From Thermoproteota archaeon (lineage in GTDB: Archaea; Thermoproteota; Thermoprotei_A; Sulfolobales; Ignisphaeraceae), in the NCBI GenBank assembly GCA_013154235.1, contig JAADCV010000100.1:1-63166 (forward strand): a stretch of DNA of 63,166 bases, given 5' to 3'. Positions 7,609 to 16,103 of the stretch are shown piece by piece (the first letter of the stretch is position 1; the number at the start of each line of letters is the position of its first letter). The notes below the pieces were generated by a model. That model did not search any database, had not been told where the DNA came from, and worked only from the letters and a program-made list of their open reading frames with translations. Both the position numbers and the translations under genes were made by a program.

Positions 7609-8490
7609 CTAGGTCTGCTGACGCGCTCTTATGTACTCCCTACCCCTATACTTAACTATGGTTAGGGACCCCCTCTCTAAGTACCTTCGCAGAACCTCCA
7701 TAGCCTTATCCCCATGTTCGCGCTTGAGAAGCGATAGTGCTAGGTCTAGGGGTACTGGGTGCAGCTTCGCTATCTCTAAGAGGCTTTCTATAGTGCTAGC
7801 TCTAGCGAGAACCTCGTCTATCTCCGCCAGAGGTAGCAAGATAACTCGGTGCTTCCCGAGGTACATCGATAGCCTCTCCGCGAAGATCCTCAGTCTATCG
7901 ACTCTAGGCACCCTAACCCACTTCTCGGCTGGAGGCCTAATCGGGGCGTTGATGTACACTACGTATGGCTCCACCTTTCTGAGGGCCTCAGCTAGAAGAT
8001 CAGCATGCCAAGAACCATCGTTTACACCATCGACTAGCACCGTCTCTATAGATAGGATGCCGCTAATCTCCTTGGATAGCTCTTCGAGGCCGCTGATAAT
8101 GGCGCTGATCCTTATAGCGTTATCAGGTCTGTTGACTCTGCGAAAGACGCTTGGCGTAGCAGCGTCGAGCTTCATGGAAACGAAGTCGAATACCGTAGAG
8201 TCCTCCCTAACATCGCGTCTCCACACCAGCGAGGCATTGGATATTAGCGCTACCCGATACCCAAACTCTCTCGAGACTAGAGTAGCCGCCTTACCTAGAA
8301 GGCTGTAGAGGGTGGGCTCACCGTCACCTACAAACGTTAGGTAGTCTACCCTATCAACATTCTCTAGAGCCCGCTCAACAACTCTAGCAACTTCCTCTGG
8401 CTCGCAGTACCTACGCCTAAGTATGCTAGTCCTAATGGTTCTACCTAGCTGACAGTATATGCACGAGTAGCTGCAGGTCTTCATAGGCAC
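7609..8490 (-). CDS. Radical SAM protein (COG0731-like); true N-terminus probably lies upstream of the called start
   Basis: CSYSCIYC (CxxxCxxC) at residues 6-13 of the called ORF. The conserved YGPVLSRRLGFSLGI segment is encoded in frame upstream (to 8562) without a canonical start. Confidence 0.8.
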   Translation of the reverse strand: MPMKTCSYSCIYCQLGRTIRTSILRRRYCEPEEVARVVERALENVDRVDYLTFVGDGEPTLYSLLGKAATLVSREFGYRVALISNASLVWRRDVREDSTVFDFVSMKLDAATPSVFRRVNRPDNAIRISAIISGLEELSKEISGILSIETVLVDGVNDGSWHADLLAEALRKVEPYVVYINAPIRPPAEKWVRVPRVDRLRIFAERLSMYLGKHRVILLPLAEIDEVLARASTIESLLEIAKLHPVPLDLALSLLKREHGDKAMEVLRRYLERGSLTIVKYRGREYIRARQQT

Positions 8491-8816
8491 AACGCTTATA
8501 CCGAGAGAGAAGCCTAGGCGCCTTGATAAAACGGGTCCGTAAGCCCTAGGTATATGTGCCGTGGTTTCACCTTGCGCTAGAGAGCTAGGGATGCAGAAAA
8601 AGGTTTAGCGCTTGACATCTACTAGACACCGTTGAGCGCGGGAATCATGCCTCATCACGCACCAGATAGTTCGCTCTCACAAAGTATCGAGGGGAACTCA
8701 GCGGATCCCCGCACCATCTCAATGCTTGCTGCTACGAGCAGCAGTGCCTTACTATGTAGAACAAGGTGCTGGTCGCATATACCCAAGCGGTTCCTCGAGA
8801 CCGCGGGCTACAGCTT

Positions 8817-9152
8817 CTAGCTCTTGATCCCTATCAGCATCCTGATACTCTTAGCGTCGCCGCGCTTCACGAGCTCAAGTAGTTCGTACTCGAGCCCTGG
8901 CCTACCTAGCTTTATGGCTATCGGCTTCAGAATTAGTGAGACTAGGGCGAAGTCTGCAGACGCCTCGTCTCCCCCATACCTCTGCTTTATGAACTCGTAC
9001 GCCTCCTTGGGGTTCTCTATTAGTAGCTCCACGAATTTCTTGCCGTACTTAGCCATACACACGTTGTCGAGCATACGGAGGAAGCCTGGTATCCTGCTCT
9101 CAGCCCACTGCCTTACGTACCTTACAAGCTCCTCGATCATGGTTATAGCCAC
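8817..9152 (-). CDS. Hypothetical protein, 111 aa
   Basis: ATG-initiated ORF with coding-like composition; no recognisable motif. Confidence 0.5.
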   Translation of the reverse strand: MAITMIEELVRYVRQWAESRIPGFLRMLDNVCMAKYGKKFVELLIENPKEAYEFIKQRYGGDEASADFALVSLILKPIAIKLGRPGLEYELLELVKRGDAKSIRMLIGIKS

Positions 9153-9407
9153 TCGTGTACACTATTCCTCTATGTCTCCATAGATACTTAAACGACATGA
9201 GTACAATAAATAAAGTTTGTTCTCACTGCATGACGTCCACGATGTGAACCAGTACAGGTATAGATGGTACTACTCGCATTCAACGTGCGATACGTTTACT
9301 ATAAGCTACGTGCCTACTGGAACACTAGCTTCATCGATACTGAGTCAAGTACCTTAATTATCTGTGAAAGCTGCCTGACAGATGAGCGCATCCAGAGGTG
9401 AGCATCT

Positions 9408-10112
9408 GTGTACATGCTGAAGATGATACACGAGTTCGAGAAGGTCGAGAGGAGGAAGCCTATAGACGGCACATACATAGTGCTCGTAGGTCTCTTCGTT
9501 GGCTGTCTAGTAAGCGCGAACTTCATAGCGATAAAGCTATGTAATATATTCGGCCTAGTAGTTCCAGCTGGAGTAATAGCGTACTCAATAACGTTCACGG
9601 TAACCGACATCATAAGCGACGTCTACGGCAGGAAAGCCGCTAGCTACGCCGTGTGGGCTGGATTCGCTGCAAACATAGTTATGGTGGCTATGGTGTTTGG
9701 AGGCTGGCTTCTACCACCTCTATCACCAGCCTTCCAGAGCAAGTACCAGGTGCTACTATCGACCCCTAGGATAGTAGCTGCTAGCATGGTCGCATACCTC
9801 CTAAGCCAGAATCACGACGTTCTAGCATTCCACTTCTGGAAGGCCCTCACAAAGGGTAGGCACCTATGGCTTAGAAACAACGCCTCTACAGCTGTTAGCC
9901 AGCTCATAGATACGTGCACCTTCATAACGCTAGCGTTCTACGGAGTCGTGCCGAACTCAGTGCTGCTAAACATGATCCTCGGCCAGTACCTCATTAAGCT
10001 GCTGATAGCGATCTGCGATACTCCATTCGTGTACCTAGGAGTGAAGCTGATAAGCGGGAGGAACGTCTCGTTTAAGGAGATTGCTCTTCGGAGCCCCTCC
10101 GTAACCTCCTAA
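9408..10112 (+). CDS. Queuosine/preQ0 precursor transporter (YhhQ/DUF165 family)
   Basis: VPAGVIAYSITFTVTDIISDVYGRK..A...VWAGF plus 6 TM segments. Start could be GTG 9408 or ATG 9414/9423. Confidence 0.75.
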   Translation: MYMLKMIHEFEKVERRKPIDGTYIVLVGLFVGCLVSANFIAIKLCNIFGLVVPAGVIAYSITFTVTDIISDVYGRKAASYAVWAGFAANIVMVAMVFGGWLLPPLSPAFQSKYQVLLSTPRIVAASMVAYLLSQNHDVLAFHFWKALTKGRHLWLRNNASTAVSQLIDTCTFITLAFYGVVPNSVLLNMILGQYLIKLLIAICDTPFVYLGVKLISGRNVSFKEIALRSPSVTS

Positions 10113-11445
10113 CGATTAGTGTAAAGCCCTTTCTACCTATGACCTCTACTTCCTCTCCAGGCTCTATGGTCTCGTCGCTTATCGCTGTCCAGTACTCGCC
10201 CTCAACCATAACGGTGCCTGGCTTACCTGGCTCAATCCTATCTACCGCTTTGCCGACCGCTCTCTCTGGACTATACCTAATTCTCGGCTTGCTCCTTATA
10301 GCACGAGCAGCCTTGTACATTATGAAGGTGAAGAATGCTGCTAACCCCCCTCCCACAACACCCACGATAGCCCTCACCTCATTTATTGAGGCTGCGAACA
10401 CGCTTCGGCCCGGCATTGCCGGAAGGAGTAGTAGACCGAATATTATAGCGGCAATCCCGCTAGCGCCCAGTATTCCGAAGCCGGGCGTTACGAAGAGCTC
10501 TATCGCTAGCATAACGCTTCCAAAGACTATCAGCGCTATCGCTATGTAGTTAACCTGCATGCCTCCAGCACCAACGATGGCTAGAAGCAGCATAACTAGG
10601 GTGAGTGGCAGAACTTCGTACCTACCGCTTAGCAGCGCTGCAAACGTTCCGAATACGCCTATGAACCAGAGTATGGATTGCACTACAGCGTTTCGAAGCA
10701 CGGCAAAGAACACTATGTTTATTGCTGGAGACACGTAGGTGTAGCCACTTATGTTTATTGTTACTGTTTTGATCACAACCCCATTCACCGTTATGTTGAC
10801 CTTCATTCCATTAACCTTCTTTATAAGGTCGCTTAGTGAGTATGCGACAAAGTTGGCTATCCCAACCTTAACAGCCTGCTTTCCGGTGAACACGTAGTTG
10901 TGGAGCACGAAGCCCTCGGCTGCAGTCACGTTTCTATGTCTAGTCTCCGCCCATAGTCGTATCTTAGCGAGGATGGGGTTTATGATCTTGCTCTCATTAA
11001 TGAACTTGACCTGCCCAGTAGCTGGATTATATAGGATTGGCTGCGCAGCACCTATGGTTGCCGTGGGACCAACAGCTATTATATGCATCGGTATGAGTAT
11101 TATGCATGCAGCGCTAAACGCCTTGTTAGGCACGTACCCTATTACGGGCACTCTAGCATTGAAGAACGCCTCGCCGAACTTGAACATCGTTGCTAGGTAC
11201 CCTCCATAGCTATCAACCTCAACGATTAGCGGAACCCCTTCGCTCTCCGCTAGCTTAAGCCCTTGATTAACAACGTAGTCGTATGCGGGCTCGTCTATCT
11301 CGCTCACGATACCCGATATCTTAACTAGGATCGCGTTTCGGTACCCACCTTTCTGAGCTGTAAGCACCACTGATGTAGCTACTGATGCAGCTATGAATGC
11401 TAGCATCATCAGCGTAAATACGTAAAAAGCTCTTTGCACCCCCAT
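10072..11445 (-). CDS. NfeD-type membrane-bound ClpP-class serine protease (long form, C-terminal OB domain)
   Basis: N-terminal ClpP-like domain, central TM bundle, C-terminal GTVMVEGEYWTAISDE..IEPGEEVEVIG NfeD OB-fold. Directly upstream of the stomatin gene. Confidence 0.8.
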   Translation of the reverse strand: MGVQRAFYVFTLMMLAFIAASVATSVVLTAQKGGYRNAILVKISGIVSEIDEPAYDYVVNQGLKLAESEGVPLIVEVDSYGGYLATMFKFGEAFFNARVPVIGYVPNKAFSAACIILIPMHIIAVGPTATIGAAQPILYNPATGQVKFINESKIINPILAKIRLWAETRHRNVTAAEGFVLHNYVFTGKQAVKVGIANFVAYSLSDLIKKVNGMKVNITVNGVVIKTVTINISGYTYVSPAINIVFFAVLRNAVVQSILWFIGVFGTFAALLSGRYEVLPLTLVMLLLAIVGAGGMQVNYIAIALIVFGSVMLAIELFVTPGFGILGASGIAAIIFGLLLLPAMPGRSVFAASINEVRAIVGVVGGGLAAFFTFIMYKAARAIRSKPRIRYSPERAVGKAVDRIEPGKPGTVMVEGEYWTAISDETIEPGEEVEVIGRKGFTLIVRRLRRGSEEQSP

Positions 11446-11464
11446 CCCTATCCACCGGACCCCT

Positions 11465-12280
11465 CTACGTTCCTCCTTCGCTCTTCTTTTTCAGCGCAGC
11501 CATGGAGGCTCCAATGGCTTCGGCGACGCGCTTCTCCGTGAGCGATCCAGCTATGCTTTCCGTAACTAGTATCAGGTTGCGCTCCTTAGCTATGTCTATG
11601 TATGTCTGCAGCTCCCTTAAGCGGAGGGCTATCGGGTGCTGCTCGTACACAAGCGCTGCTTCGCCTAGGATCTTAGCAGCTGTTCTCTCTGCCTCAGCCT
11701 CTATTATTCTAGCTCTTCTAAGCCTCTCCGCCTCAGCCTGCTTAGCCATAGCCCTAACGAGCTCTTCAGGGAGCTCGACGCTCTTTATCGTAACCATGCT
11801 GACCTTTATTCCCCACGGACTGGTTATCTCGTCCATTATCTGCTGGATCTTCTTGTTCAGCTCCTCCCTCTTGGTCAGCACATCGTCTAGCTCGCTCTGA
11901 CCAATGACGTCCCTCAGCACAGTCTGTGCGAGAAGCGCGACTGCATAGTAGTAGTCGCGCACCTTCATAACGGCCTTCTCCGGATCAACAACTCTGAAGT
12001 ACACCACAGCATCTACAGCCACGGTAACGTTATCCCTAGTTATCACCTCTTGTTTAGGAACATCGACTGTGAGCAGCCTCAGATCGACTACAAGACCTTT
12101 ATCAATGAATGGCACTAGAAACACTAGGCCCGGCCCCTTTATCCCTATGTACTTGCCGAGCCTCAGCACTATGAGCCTCTCCCACTCCTTAACGACCCTT
12201 ATAGCCTTAGCCAGTATGGGTAGGAATATCACGAGCAGTATAACGATGCCGACTATTGTCTCCACGGGAACTTGGTCCAT
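11465..12280 (-). CDS. Stomatin/prohibitin-homology (SPFH, band 7) protein
   Basis: RVVKEWERLIVLRLGKY..GPGLVFLVPFID..TRDNVTVAVDAVVYFRVVDP..LAQTVLRDVIG..WGIKV. Confidence 0.9.
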   Translation of the reverse strand: MDQVPVETIVGIVILLVIFLPILAKAIRVVKEWERLIVLRLGKYIGIKGPGLVFLVPFIDKGLVVDLRLLTVDVPKQEVITRDNVTVAVDAVVYFRVVDPEKAVMKVRDYYYAVALLAQTVLRDVIGQSELDDVLTKREELNKKIQQIMDEITSPWGIKVSMVTIKSVELPEELVRAMAKQAEAERLRRARIIEAEAERTAAKILGEAALVYEQHPIALRLRELQTYIDIAKERNLILVTESIAGSLTEKRVAEAIGASMAALKKKSEGGT

Positions 12281-12361
12281 TACAGTACACCCATCCTAGT
12301 GTCCACTAATGCACTACCTCTGCAGAAGATATAGAGCTTTGCTAGAGTCGGCAGCAGCTGA

Positions 12362-12775
12362 ATGATAAAAGAGTTTTATCTCCTCGATCCGCGATGCAGT
12401 GCTACGGGGGTAGGTATGCACGCAGAGCAAGAGTCTAGTGAGAGCGTTAGCAGAGGTGAGCAGGAAAAGAACCTTGTCAAGAGGCTCGAGGAGCTGCTTT
12501 CAACAATGAAGGACTGGGAGCGCAGACCCATAGTTGAGGTTGGTAGCGCTGTTGTGGAGCTAGTTAAACTCCCTAAGAGGCAAACTAAGAAAGGTACTGA
12601 ACCTGAGAGGCTCGCTCTTCATCTAAGGCTTAAGGATAGCTTCAAGGGGGTATTCATAGAGAACTTCAACGAGCTAGACGATATAGTTAGAGCTCTAACG
12701 ACAAAAAGCGTTCAGGAGGTTGCTAAAGCTCTAGACGAGCTAAGCCGCAAGCGCGTTATAGAGTACGGCCTCTAG
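12362..12775 (+). CDS. Hypothetical protein, 137 aa (start uncertain)
   Basis: ORF only; charged, helical-looking sequence. Confidence 0.45.
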   Translation: MIKEFYLLDPRCSATGVGMHAEQESSESVSRGEQEKNLVKRLEELLSTMKDWERRPIVEVGSAVVELVKLPKRQTKKGTEPERLALHLRLKDSFKGVFIENFNELDDIVRALTTKSVQEVAKALDELSRKRVIEYGL

Positions 12776-12793
12776 AATGCTCGAACGCTTCCG

Positions 12794-12844
12794 GTGATGA
12801 TGCTCTACCGACTGATACCTGATGAGGAAAACGAACCCCTCTGA
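12794..12844 (+). ncRNA. C/D box sRNA candidate 2
   Basis: C GUGAUGA 12794-12800, 11-nt guide UGCUCUACCGA, D' CUGA 12812-12815, C' AUGAGGA 12822-12828 (alt. CUGAUGA 12819-12825), 12-nt guide, D CUGA 12841-12844. Lies in a convergent intergenic gap. Confidence 0.6.
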
Positions 12845-12884
12845 TCCTATGCAGAGCCATGCATCTGTTTAGAACACACGCGCT

Positions 12885-14066
12885 TTAATTACTCAAAACC
12901 TTGTTTATGAGCGAGATCATTGATTCGGGTGAATGGACCCCGACAACGATTAACCCGTACTGCTTCTCACGATTCCATATTATGAAGCCGGGAGTGCCCG
13001 AGATACCGTATCTCAGCGCCTCGTTGGTGTCATACTGTATTATCTCTTTGGATTCGTTCACGTATTTCTGCAGCTGGCTTATCTTTAGTCCACTAGCTCT
13101 CTCTATGAGGCTGAAGACGTAGGCGTCGCTTATCTCCTTGTCCACGGTGTTCTCGTAGCACTGGTTCTTGACGAAGCACGTATCGTATAGCCGGCTGTAT
13201 ATATGCTCCATAACGTAGAGCACGGCTGAAGCGTTCCTAGTCGCTAGATACATTGCCTCTATGTATACATGCTGCTCTAGGGACTGCGGGTGAACTATGA
13301 GGTTCTTGAACACTATAGCTAGCTTACCTTCCTTCACGAGCTTGAGCAGCGAAGGCATTGTTTCGTGGTAGAACATGGCGCAGTAGGGACAGTGACTATC
13401 TTCGTATATGAAGAGGTACACTGGAGCGCTTCTAGATCCTAAGACAGGCGTAGCATTGTCAATTCTAGGCTCAACTCTAGTTTCCACAGGTATGCTCTCA
13501 TAGGGTAGGTACTGGGTTAGCCTACCCAGTAGGTACGATGTTAGGGTTTCCTTAGCTATGAGCAGCCCGCTAACGTTGTTGAATAGGTTATATAGCTCCT
13601 TAGATACCGATCCTCGAAGCGCTAAAGCTACGACGGGATACGAGTATGTCTCCACTTCTCGAAGTAAGCTTGGCTCCTTAGACACGTTTACTAGGCACAC
13701 CCCTACGGGTGCACTGAGCTTAGCGTATCTAGATAGAACGTTATCGAATACTCGCTGAACCATCTTCACGAACGTTGCGTTAGGCTTCGTCTTGAGGTAC
13801 AGGATTACTAAGAGGTTACTGCTCTTACCGCATACACTATCCAGCAGGCTCTTCATAGATCCTCGAGGCCCCGATAGCGAGACATATACCATCCTAGTCG
13901 TGGTAGTAACTGGAGTAGACGACTGAGCTGTGTGGATCGGAGCTGGCGTTGCTGTGTAGTACCAGTTCCACAGCCTGCCTCTAGCAACGATTAGTATTAC
14001 CGACGCTACCACTATACCTATTAGAACAGCCGCTATGACTGCAAAGGCAACCCTCTTAAGAGCCAC
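12885..14066 (-). CDS. Membrane-anchored thioredoxin-fold (DsbA-like) protein with CPYC site
   Basis: N-terminal TM anchor. ..YLFIYEDSHCPYCAMFY.. and C-terminal ..GISGTPGFII.. are typical of DsbA-like thiol-disulfide oxidoreductases. Confidence 0.7.
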   Translation of the reverse strand: MALKRVAFAVIAAVLIGIVVASVILIVARGRLWNWYYTATPAPIHTAQSSTPVTTTTRMVYVSLSGPRGSMKSLLDSVCGKSSNLLVILYLKTKPNATFVKMVQRVFDNVLSRYAKLSAPVGVCLVNVSKEPSLLREVETYSYPVVALALRGSVSKELYNLFNNVSGLLIAKETLTSYLLGRLTQYLPYESIPVETRVEPRIDNATPVLGSRSAPVYLFIYEDSHCPYCAMFYHETMPSLLKLVKEGKLAIVFKNLIVHPQSLEQHVYIEAMYLATRNASAVLYVMEHIYSRLYDTCFVKNQCYENTVDKEISDAYVFSLIERASGLKISQLQKYVNESKEIIQYDTNEALRYGISGTPGFIIWNREKQYGLIVVGVHSPESMISLINKVLSN

Positions 14067-14117
14067 TTTCCTCGCCGTTGCTTAACCTTCGACACTAGGG
14101 ATAAAATACGCGATTGC

Positions 14118-15671
14118 TCAAACCTCAACAGGCTTATGTGTATACTTACCTCTTCTAGCCTCCTCAATTATTTCCCTAACCCTTCTCTCTAGGCTCCTCT
14201 TCTTCCACTCTACGAACCTTAGGAAGAGCCTAATAGCAAACCTAACGAACGGATTCTCAGCTAGGTACTTCCTAGCGAGCTCTGGAGCCCATTTCAGCGA
14301 GTGCTCTAGACACATCCACATAACCTCGACGTGCTCGGGCTTAATGGAGAAGTTCAGCAGCGCTCTCTTATCCTTGAGCACGCCCATAGGCACGAAGTAC
14401 ATAGGCACTATCAGACTAGGGTAGTCACGCAGACGCTCGATTAGCCTCACTGTGGCGTCGAGATCCTCCTGCTTCTCCTCCGGTAGGTTGAGAATTATGG
14501 TCGCAGCCGGAACGATATCGTTGTCAGCCATTATAGCGAAAGCCTCCTCAACTATATCCGGCCAGGACTCCGCTGGGAAGGGCGCTGACTTTCCCGGCAT
14601 TATTATCTTCGCGAGCCGAGGCGACCCCGTTTCGATACCCGTTTGGACTCCTATGAACTTCTGCCCGGTACCACTCTTAATCAGGTCCATAACCTTGCTA
14701 ACTATCTTAGATTCGCGCTGCCCAGCAACGACTGCTGCCAAGCTAACGTGTGCCCATCCAATAGTCTCCACCCTAGTCGAGATAATAGCTTCGTGAAGCT
14801 TGAGAAGGGGCTCCTCGCGAGGAACAACGCCGTAGGAGCCGTAGAGAAGCACGTCCTCCGAGTGCAGCAGCGCATGGTTTATCCCAAACTTCTTGTTTAC
14901 CTCTATCTCCGAGACCACCATATCTATGGGGATGTACCTCAGCGGCCTGAGAGTAACGCTGCAGAACCTGCAACCCCTAGGGCACCCCCTCATTATCTCT
15001 ACGAGCCCGTTGACACTAGCTCCAACAATTGTCGGTATCTCCTCAACGCTGGGAACCTCGTGCGGTGCAACATACACGTATCTAGGCAGCGGCTCACCAT
15101 CGATTATCCTCTGCGCTATGTCAACTATAACCTTCTCAGCCTCACCATCTATCACCGTATCGACTCCCCAAGAATCCCATAGATCCTCGACGTGTAGCCA
15201 CTGCCACGCTGCTGGCCCTCCGATAACGATCTTACCCCCTCTTCTCTTGAACGCTCTCACGGGCTCAGAGTTCATCAGCTTTATGAAGTGCTTTCTATTG
15301 ACTGGCTCCCTCTTCGTTATTGCCCACCAGACGTTGCTTGGCGCGCAGAACGCGAAGAAATCGTGGTGCCCTATCATCAGCGCCTTAGCTCTAGGGAGGT
15401 GCTTATCCAGGTGATCGGGATCTATTATCTCTGCACGGAATCCAGCCCTCTTGAGCGCAGCCTCAACCTTCCTGAGCCCATAGGGAGCCACAATAGGTCG
15501 TCCAAGCTCATCAACCTTTGGCTTTGGCGCGCATATCCACATCCATAGTTTCTCAGGCATTCCTACCGCTGGCGCTGTCGTCATGAATCCTATGAATTCC
15601 TTCCCGTGGTGATCAGTCATCAGCGTGCGGTCGACAGTTATCACGAAGTCTATCGGCGGGTCTATCGACAC
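14118..15671 (-). CDS. Radical SAM protein with N-terminal B12-binding-like domain, 517 aa
   Basis: EIMRGCPRGCRFCS (CxxxCxxC) after a Rossmann-like N-terminal domain. Confidence 0.8.
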   Translation of the reverse strand: MSIDPPIDFVITVDRTLMTDHHGKEFIGFMTTAPAVGMPEKLWMWICAPKPKVDELGRPIVAPYGLRKVEAALKRAGFRAEIIDPDHLDKHLPRAKALMIGHHDFFAFCAPSNVWWAITKREPVNRKHFIKLMNSEPVRAFKRRGGKIVIGGPAAWQWLHVEDLWDSWGVDTVIDGEAEKVIVDIAQRIIDGEPLPRYVYVAPHEVPSVEEIPTIVGASVNGLVEIMRGCPRGCRFCSVTLRPLRYIPIDMVVSEIEVNKKFGINHALLHSEDVLLYGSYGVVPREEPLLKLHEAIISTRVETIGWAHVSLAAVVAGQRESKIVSKVMDLIKSGTGQKFIGVQTGIETGSPRLAKIIMPGKSAPFPAESWPDIVEEAFAIMADNDIVPAATIILNLPEEKQEDLDATVRLIERLRDYPSLIVPMYFVPMGVLKDKRALLNFSIKPEHVEVMWMCLEHSLKWAPELARKYLAENPFVRFAIRLFLRFVEWKKRSLERRVREIIEEARRGKYTHKPVEV

Positions 15672-15674
15672 GCT

Positions 15675-16046
15675 TCACACCTTCACTAGATCTACAGCTA
15701 CACTCCACTCTCTAAAAATATGGCTTAGCTCCTCCGCTACACCGCTTAGACTCTCCTCAAATATTATCTTAGCGTCGGAGATGGTCTTCCTAGATGCGAA
15801 CTTCTCTAGGGCTCTCCTAAGTAGCTGTGGCCTATAGTCGTCGATAGTGAGTATAACTATGCCCATCGCAACGTTGTTCAGCAGCGTATCTCGCACCTGC
15901 GGAATGACATCGCTTATCCTCGAGGCTCTAAACACAGCTATAACACCACGGTGCGCGGATAGCTGCGCATCTCGAACCTCCTTAGCGAAGGTGCTGCCCA
16001 CCTTACTCATGTCGTTAACCACGTACACTAAGCACCTATAGCTCAT
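15675..16046 (-). CDS. Hypothetical protein, 123 aa, likely co-transcribed with the radical SAM gene
   Basis: ORF ends 3 nt before the start of the downstream radical SAM gene on the same strand. Confidence 0.5.
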   Translation of the reverse strand: MSYRCLVYVVNDMSKVGSTFAKEVRDAQLSAHRGVIAVFRASRISDVIPQVRDTLLNNVAMGIVILTIDDYRPQLLRRALEKFASRKTISDAKIIFEESLSGVAEELSHIFREWSVAVDLVKV

Positions 16047-16103
16047 CGCTGCTTACCACCGCGTTACTTATCGTTGCGGTCCCGATATATGTAGGGAGGC
16101 TTC

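Noticed and set aside
7631-8308. Long antisense ORFs opposite real genes. Examples: 7631-8308, 5454-6086, 14893-15414, 18827-19480, 19682-20251, 24215-24760, 28222-28695, 30960-31613, 40892-41557, 43159-43689.
   Set aside because: Their translations are Ser/Leu/Thr/Ala-rich and motif-free, whereas the opposite strand carries clear family motifs. They are typical shadow ORFs in a genome whose codon usage rarely creates stops on the antisense strand.
8783-8810. GC-rich hairpin GCGGT-N8-ACCGC that superficially resembles a tRNA T-arm.
   Set aside because: The loop is 8 nt without the TTCRA consensus. No matching acceptor 5' strand (GTAGCCC) or D/anticodon arms lie nearby.
9378-9409. 7-bp hairpin (ACAGATG ... 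CATCTGT) enclosing a GAGGTGA motif right at the start of the preQ0/queuosine-precursor transporter gene, considered as a possible preQ1-type riboswitch.
   Set aside because: The sequence does not resemble the preQ1 class I/II consensus as I remember it. A single short hairpin is insufficient evidence.
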